64,000 nt of DNA from Eledone cirrhosa (taxonomy: Eukaryota): positions 300,948,001-301,012,000 of the forward strand of contig OZ024741.1 of NCBI GenBank assembly GCA_964016885.1, read 5' to 3'. The notes below the pieces were generated by a model. That model was not told the DNA's origin and did not search any database. It saw only the letters and a program-made list of their open reading frames with translations. Shown in pieces: positions 57,477 through 64,000 of the stretch. The position numbers were made by a program, and so were the translations under genes. Within the stretch, counting starts at the first letter, position 1. The number at the start of each line of letters is the position of its first letter.

Positions 57477-58204
57477 TTCTTGGTAATAATAATATATATT
57501 TCATATTATCTGAAACTTATAACCAGTCGATATCCTGTGTTCGATGATGTCATTTTATTTCGTACTAAATGACTTCTATTCATTTCATTCTCAAAAATTA
57601 GTTGACTATTATTGATTATTTGTATTGCATTTCATAACGCTTTTGTGATCATAGGTGTTTAGCGTCTGGTCGTCAATTCATATTCATTATGACACTAGAT
57701 ACGCATGGTAAAATTGTTGAGATTGTGTGGTTACCAATATGGTGATAGGCATCTCATATTTCATCATCAGTGTTTATCTATGCCACGAAGTTTCTAACGT
57801 GCTTATTTAATTATACATTTATTTAATTATTACAGATAGACTATGTAATGTATTAAGAATACAATTTATAAAGTGACAAAAGGAGTAAATAAAATTTAAG
57901 AAATAAATTAATAAAAAATTAAAAATAGGAAATAGGATTGGGTGGACTCTATACTCATGGCGGAAGAATCTCAGCTGTTGTGCACTGCGAGAAAGTTACC
58001 ATGAAGAACAGCGAAATCCGCTGGGAGACGTGCGTGTTCTTTCCTCAGACGTAATGCTTTGGAGAGACATGGACAGTCACGAATGTAGACGTTGTTTCTC
58101 TGAGGCAGCCGCACCCTTTTGAATTTCAGTAAATCCTTTCTTTATATGCTATGATTATGTCCAGCTCCGTACATATTCACAGTTTTTGCACACTCAGATA
58201 TATA

Positions 58205-58350
58205 ATACTGGTGGTTTATATCCGTAGTAGTAGAGCACTCAGTCCATGGGACGAGTTTGGTAGAAGTAGTTCCACAATAGTTAGTTCACCATTGCCGAGA
58301 ACAAATGTTTCATCGGTGAGTTGATGATCCGAATAAGGTGAAACAATTAC
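58205..58350. mobile_element. Hammerhead-bearing island related to 23043-23180, broken by a local inversion
   Basis: Shared flank TATCCGTAGT..GAGCACT..GTCCA.GGGACGAG. Minus-strand GAAACATTTGTTCTCGG abuts plus-strand GAG-TTGATGA-TCCGAATAAGGT-GAAACAATT. Confidence 0.65.
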
Positions 58351-58727
58351 ATAGATATAGATAGTATATTTATTTGAATTTTCTTTATCTGTCATGTTCC
58401 CTGGCGTTTCCTTCCCTTTCTCGTTATCGTATGACCTGCTTCACACTCCTCAGCTAGCCATCCCATCCATTCTTCTCAGAAATGTTAGTCTGCAGTTTCA
58501 ATCAGCAAATACAGTTATGCTTTCTTTTGGGGGGATCTAAAACATTTCATAATGATAAAATTGATGTACCAGATTCATTTTGTTTTTATACTTTTATACT
58601 TTTAAGCATATCATTCAATCGAAGTTTTATTTTCAAATCTCCGCAAGTGAAACATCATTTCACATTTTTGGAAATACTCAAATATAAACTATACGTATAG
58701 TTTGTTATTACATTAATTGTATTATAA

Positions 58728-59163
58728 TTATTTCTACTATAGGCCAGCAATGTTTGAGTGGAGTCGATTATATCGACCCCAATGCATTACTGTTGCTTTA
58801 TTTTATCAACTCTTTAAGAATGAGAGGAAAAGCAAACCTTGGCGGTATTTAAACTCAGAACGTAAAGGGCTATAACTCTATACTGCAAAGCATTGTGTCC
58901 GATGCTCTTACGATACTGCCAATCCACCACATTATTCTATTATAATGGTTTCTGATTTAGGCACAAGACCAGCAAATTTGTGGGTGGCGGGGAAAGTCGA
59001 TTATATCGACGCCAGTGCATGACTGGTGCTTTATTTCATCGACCCCATAAGGATAAATGGCAAAGCCTACCTCGGCGGGATTAGTAATCAGAAGGTAAAG
59101 GGATATAGCTCTATGCTACAAAACATTGTGTCCGATGGTCTAACGATACAGCCAATCCACCGC
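58728..59163 (-). mobile_element. Two tandem SINE copies
   Basis: Cores and A-boxes at ~58728-58930 and 58943-59163. Confidence 0.85.
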
Positions 59164-59716
59164 ATTATTCTATTATAATGATCTGATCTATATGTTATTA
59201 ACAAAACATTCTTCGTAGGAAAATTGTTTATCACAATTATTGAAAATAATTGTTCATCATTCGCCTTCACATTACGACTCTTGGTTATGTTTCTTCATGG
59301 CATGCTCATTGCTAATATCTTGATTATATCTCCACTATTTCCTCTAAAAATATTTCCACTCAAACAAAATGTTGCAAATATTGTAAACGTGATTCATCTT
59401 CGTTGCAAAATACTAAATTGATATTAAAAATAAAATTGATAGTAAAAGAAAATATATTTTATTATTTTGTCTTTTTTTTCTGCTTTTTTATCAAACAATG
59501 ATATATTTGGTTTACGATGGTATTGGTAAAGCTTTTTTGAAGTTTTGCTATCATATATAATATACTTTATATGTTCATCCTTATTTCGATGTACAAACCC
59601 CTTAAAAATCACACACGCTTTTCTCTTTGCCATATTCTCTGAATAAGTAAGGCAGGGCAAAACCAACTGGCAAGAGACCTATGGGTAGACGCCGAGCAAC
59701 AACAACAACAATAATA

Positions 59717-59815
59717 ATTGTTTCTACTTTAGGAACAAGGCCAGCAATTACCCAGTACATTACTGGTACTTTATTTTATCGACCCCGTAAGGATGAAAGG
59801 CAAAGTTAACCTCAG
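59717..59815 (-). mobile_element. Partial SINE
   Basis: Core and tail only. Confidence 0.85.
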
Positions 59816-60371
59816 CTAATAATGATCCGAATGAAATGAGTGTGGTGTCAGTTTTAAACAAAAGTACACAGAAATGCAGTTTCGAGATATAATGGTCTTG
59901 AATCTGCTGCTACAATAACATTTTCATTCAAGGTTCAAAATAATGCGAAATTGACCAATATGATGTTTTCAAAATGAATTAAAAAATGTTACTTTTCTAT
60001 AAACCAAACAAAATCAAGTGGGAAATTTTGAATATTCTTTAAAGGTCTTGTATGATGCTCCCATTCAAAATATGTTTGAAAATATATATGTAGTCTTCCA
60101 GCTAACATACACATACAATTGTGTGAACCGTTTTTGCCTAAATCATTTTACAAACACCCGTTTACTAGTATAGAAAGATATTTTGAAAATGGAGGAAATC
60201 GTTTTAAGTAGAATAGACCTTAATCGATTTTGACGATGAGTATTCCAGCCTTTTGATTAATGAAAGAGTTCGCACGTTAATGAAAACTATTGTGTTTCTA
60301 TAATCTGCAAATAGAACGAATCGATTCATCCAAGGAGTAACCAAAAATATCATATGTATATTTCATATTTC

Positions 60372-60543
60372 GTTGCATAGAGTTACATCCCTTTACGTTC
60401 TGGGCTCAAATCCCACCGAGGTTAGCTTTACCTTTCATCCTTATAGGGTCGATAAAATAAAGCACCAGTAATTATTAGGGTCGATTTGATCTACTTTACC
60501 CTCCCCTTTAATTTCTGGCATTGTACCTAAAGTAGAAACAATT
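60372..60543 (+). mobile_element. Partial SINE
   Basis: B-box remnant, core and tail. Confidence 0.8.
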
Positions 60544-62694
60544 ATATGTATATTTCATTCATGTTTAAAGTAAGGGATTACATAAATGAAATGAAACTAA
60601 CGAGAGCAGCAAAACATTATTTTGATTTAAGCCTGATATCTCGTGTATAGATTTAGGCGTTTAAATGTCACGTTATACAGTCTTTGATAAGACTGGTCTT
60701 TTTGAATTACTGTAGAGTTCATCCGGTGTGCTTCTAAAGTCTTTGCTTTTACTGAATTTCAATCACAAAGCTTCATTCGACCTGCGTTTATTATAAATGA
60801 CACTTGCCCAAAATGCCTCACAGTGGGATTCACCCCAAGACCCAATGATTGTGAGGCAAACCTTTAACAATTCTGTCATTTTGTGTCTAATTGTTTTAAA
60901 TAGCATGCATTACGCGACCGATTAAACTCTATTTTATTACATATATTTTTTGTCACCAATCATTATGAGTGCATTATTACCGAAATATTGAATAATAAAT
61001 ATGTTATAGCTGTAATCCTAACCAATTTTAAAAATGAGGTTCAGCTTTAGTCAAACATAGCAAGTTACCAAAATTTTATAATAAGTATTTACCAGCTGTA
61101 AAAAAGGGTTGCAAATTAGTTTGTGGAATTTTTATTATAACTTATTATAACTTCATCCATCGGTTTGTATACATATACCTAGTCCTTCACTTCAATTGCA
61201 TGTATAATTAACGCATCAATTTCACCAATGCAAGAGAAGTATATAATATATTTGCTAACTTGGAATCTACAAAATAAGTATTTGTTATGTACAGGCTTTA
61301 TGTAAGTAACTAGCACACAAAATATCTTAGTATTTGTATTTGTTACATAAATTTATAGAATTCATATGGAGTTGAAAGCAAAATTTATTTTAGCCAAAAT
61401 GAGGCCGTATGTATGTCTGAGTGAATGACCGAATATATTTTTGTGTTGTTTTGGGTGTAATATATGATTACAGAGAATAATCTAACACTGAGTATTCTAA
61501 TGTGTGTGTCCTGTTGTAATATGGTCTAATATTCGATGAAGGTTTACGTATCAAGTCGAGTTAATTTACATCATTATTTGACTTGTATATCATTAGATAG
61601 ATAACAAAAGAATGAACTGGAAAGTCAAGCCAGGACACACATTCTACAAAGTATTTTGTCCGATGATCTAACGATCAATCCACCAGTCCCGAATATCCCC
61701 ATTACAATGAATGAAATTTTCGTTTCAGCATCAGATTGCACTTTTGATATTTTAGTACATGGAAGTGAATCATGTAGTTATAATACAACTGTTAATCCAG
61801 ACTTGCATAAATCACTCACCATATTGAATACACAGGAGAATTAATTAACACTGTAACATGCATAAAGACAATATGAACACGCAATATAATTCCCCTCTCA
61901 GCAGATTTAAAATTCAGATGAATGTTTTTGAGCGTGAGAAAATATAACTCACGCAATAATACAGCAATTACACTTCACCGTATGCAATTCAATTACATTT
62001 CAGCTGTATTTGCTTGTGTCGAATAATATTGATTTTTATCGAACAAATTGGGACGGTGTCATACAGGTTATAGTGCCAATCGTAATAACTTAGGCATTAA
62101 ATCTTCGTCTATAATTTGCTACATAAAATATGGAGATAAATAATTTAATATTAATTTCTTCAATTGATTAGTTTCAATATATACAACTATAATCTTCTAA
62201 ACTATTGATCTTCATTAGGACTCAGTGAATCTTGTTGGGCATAATTAACTAACTCTTATTAAACATATCATCATGTATTTCTCCGTGCTAAAATGGAGAC
62301 AATAAAAAATAATGTACCTTACACCTATGGCTTATATGGCATACCAGTAACATAAATTGTGAATTAGTTTCATCTTGAAATTAAAACAAACTCATTGAAG
62401 AAATCCATATCAATTTATGCAAAGGACAAATAATGAAAGAGACAGAGGGGTGGAAGCTGAACTACATTAAGAAGTGGGAATTGTTTAAGAAATCTCATGA
62501 TGTTATGTGAATCTAAAACGATTGATAACAGGAACGGATGATGTAGTTGTGGCATGTCATTTTCATGGCATAACAAATGACAAATGATCTTCCGGAGTAT
62601 GTGCCAGGTAAGTACCGGTTATTGTTATTCACTGTTCTTATATCCCACATTTATGATATTCCACCAAAGTAACAAATCATTATTAATGAAAACA

Positions 62695-63167
62695 TCTATA
62701 TATATAAAACTGAGGTTGTCTGTCTGTCTACTAAAACGGTCGGCACACATCTCCTCTTAAACCGTACATTCAAATTTCGGTGATATTGCTACACTTATAG
62801 ATGAAGGTCCGGCGGAGTTATAGATGAAGGTCCGGCGGAGACATCGGTCACAAAATGTTTCAAATCGACCCACGCTAAGTGCAAAAATCGAATTTGTAAT
62901 GTATCGATTTTTCAGTTCAAATGTATAAATAGAGATGAGAGACGAGTTATTTCCCTTTTATGACGTCATTTGTTTATCTATTTACGTTACGAACAAACTA
63001 CGCGTACAAAAATACGCGAACAGCTTTCGGGCCAGTAAAATTTTAACCTGCAAAATTCATGAGTTCGAAATTTCAACATTAAGCTTCCATTTGCTTCATT
63101 TCCATTAAAAAGTCTTTTACAACAATATTTCAGCGCATCACCCGAGGCAACGCTGCGAGTGTGCTGG
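62695..63167 (+). mobile_element. Non-autonomous Helitron related to 24514-25387
   Basis: A|TCTATATATATAAAACTGAGGTTGTCTGTCTGTC start, shared internal sequence, degenerate 3' hairpin and CTGG end. Confidence 0.75.
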
Positions 63168-63633
63168 CTTGCCTCAAAATTAGAGAGGTTGCCCAGTACT
63201 CGCGACGTTGCTGTCTTTTGCTCTGGTGTTGGCTTCGTTGTTCACCCCTTCCTTTGCATTTTCTTTAATATTGTAGCATTGAAGGAATATATCTTTCATT
63301 GTATCATCCTTTATAGTGTTACAGAGGCATTTGTAATGTTATTTATGTATATATTTAAAATATATTTGTTATGTTATTCTACTGTAAATTTATTTATATG
63401 CTCTGTTTATATTTTCATTCTCACTACCCTCAATAATCTATGAAACTACATATATGTTGCAACTCTCTCTATATATATATCACACACATATACAAATACA
63501 TTTAAAGAGAGACAGTGAGATGTAGAGAGAGAGAGAGTGAGATAGGTCGTTATACAGAGAGGGGTACAAGATAATCAGATAGAGAGACAGGGAGAGAGAA
63601 TGGCGACGAACGCTGGTTCACACACACACACAA

Positions 63634-63683
<50 letters not shown>

Positions 63684-63751
63684 AGAGAGAGAGATCTGCG
63701 CGTTCTTTATTGTTCTCCATTCTGTAGAGGAAGAGGAAGAGAGGGGGGTAT

Positions 63752-63755
<4 letters not shown>

Positions 63756-63840
<85 letters not shown>
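63756..63840. repeat. (GA)n microsatellite
   Basis: Directly visible. Confidence 0.97.
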
Positions 63841-64000
63841 GGTATGAGAAAAAAGGGAGGGGGTTGAGAAAGAAAGAAAGTTTAAGCAAAGAATCGCTGC
63901 TTTCAGCATTAACGGGATCTTCTGAAACTAAAGAATTTTATCTGTGAACGCAGAATTAAATATTTCGAGAAACGTTGCAACCGAAAGAAAACAGGAAGAC

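Noticed and set aside
58423-58457. CTGAGGA-GTGTGA..TCATAC-GATAAC on the minus strand
   Set aside because: Helix II is good, but GAAA is interrupted and helices III and I do not close.

Overview
AT-rich eukaryotic (animal) genomic DNA made almost entirely of repeats. The (TA)n/(CA)n/(GA)n/(TAA)n load and the tRNA-derived SINE family suggest a mollusc, probably a cephalopod; this is an inference. No intact host gene is evident, and most ORF-track entries are microsatellite artefacts. Recognisable decayed transposons: Penelope-like elements (RT + GIY-YIG), including a ~5.5-kb inverted pair; one mariner; three non-autonomous Helitrons; two Tx1/L1-like LINEs; three R4/Dong-like RLE LINEs; and about 14 SINE copies. 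The main hidden signal is in the first ~27 kb, where many short 'islands' between (TA)n tracts carry a type I hammerhead ribozyme motif. I read about 20 instances from many unrelated sequence families. They include a recurrent compensatory U3-A8 core variant, large structured helix II insertions, palindromic helix III loops, fold-back palindromes with a ribozyme on each strand, and a tandem two-ribozyme unit of ~542 nt resembling a retrozyme. All structures were read by eye and none has been tested for activity.
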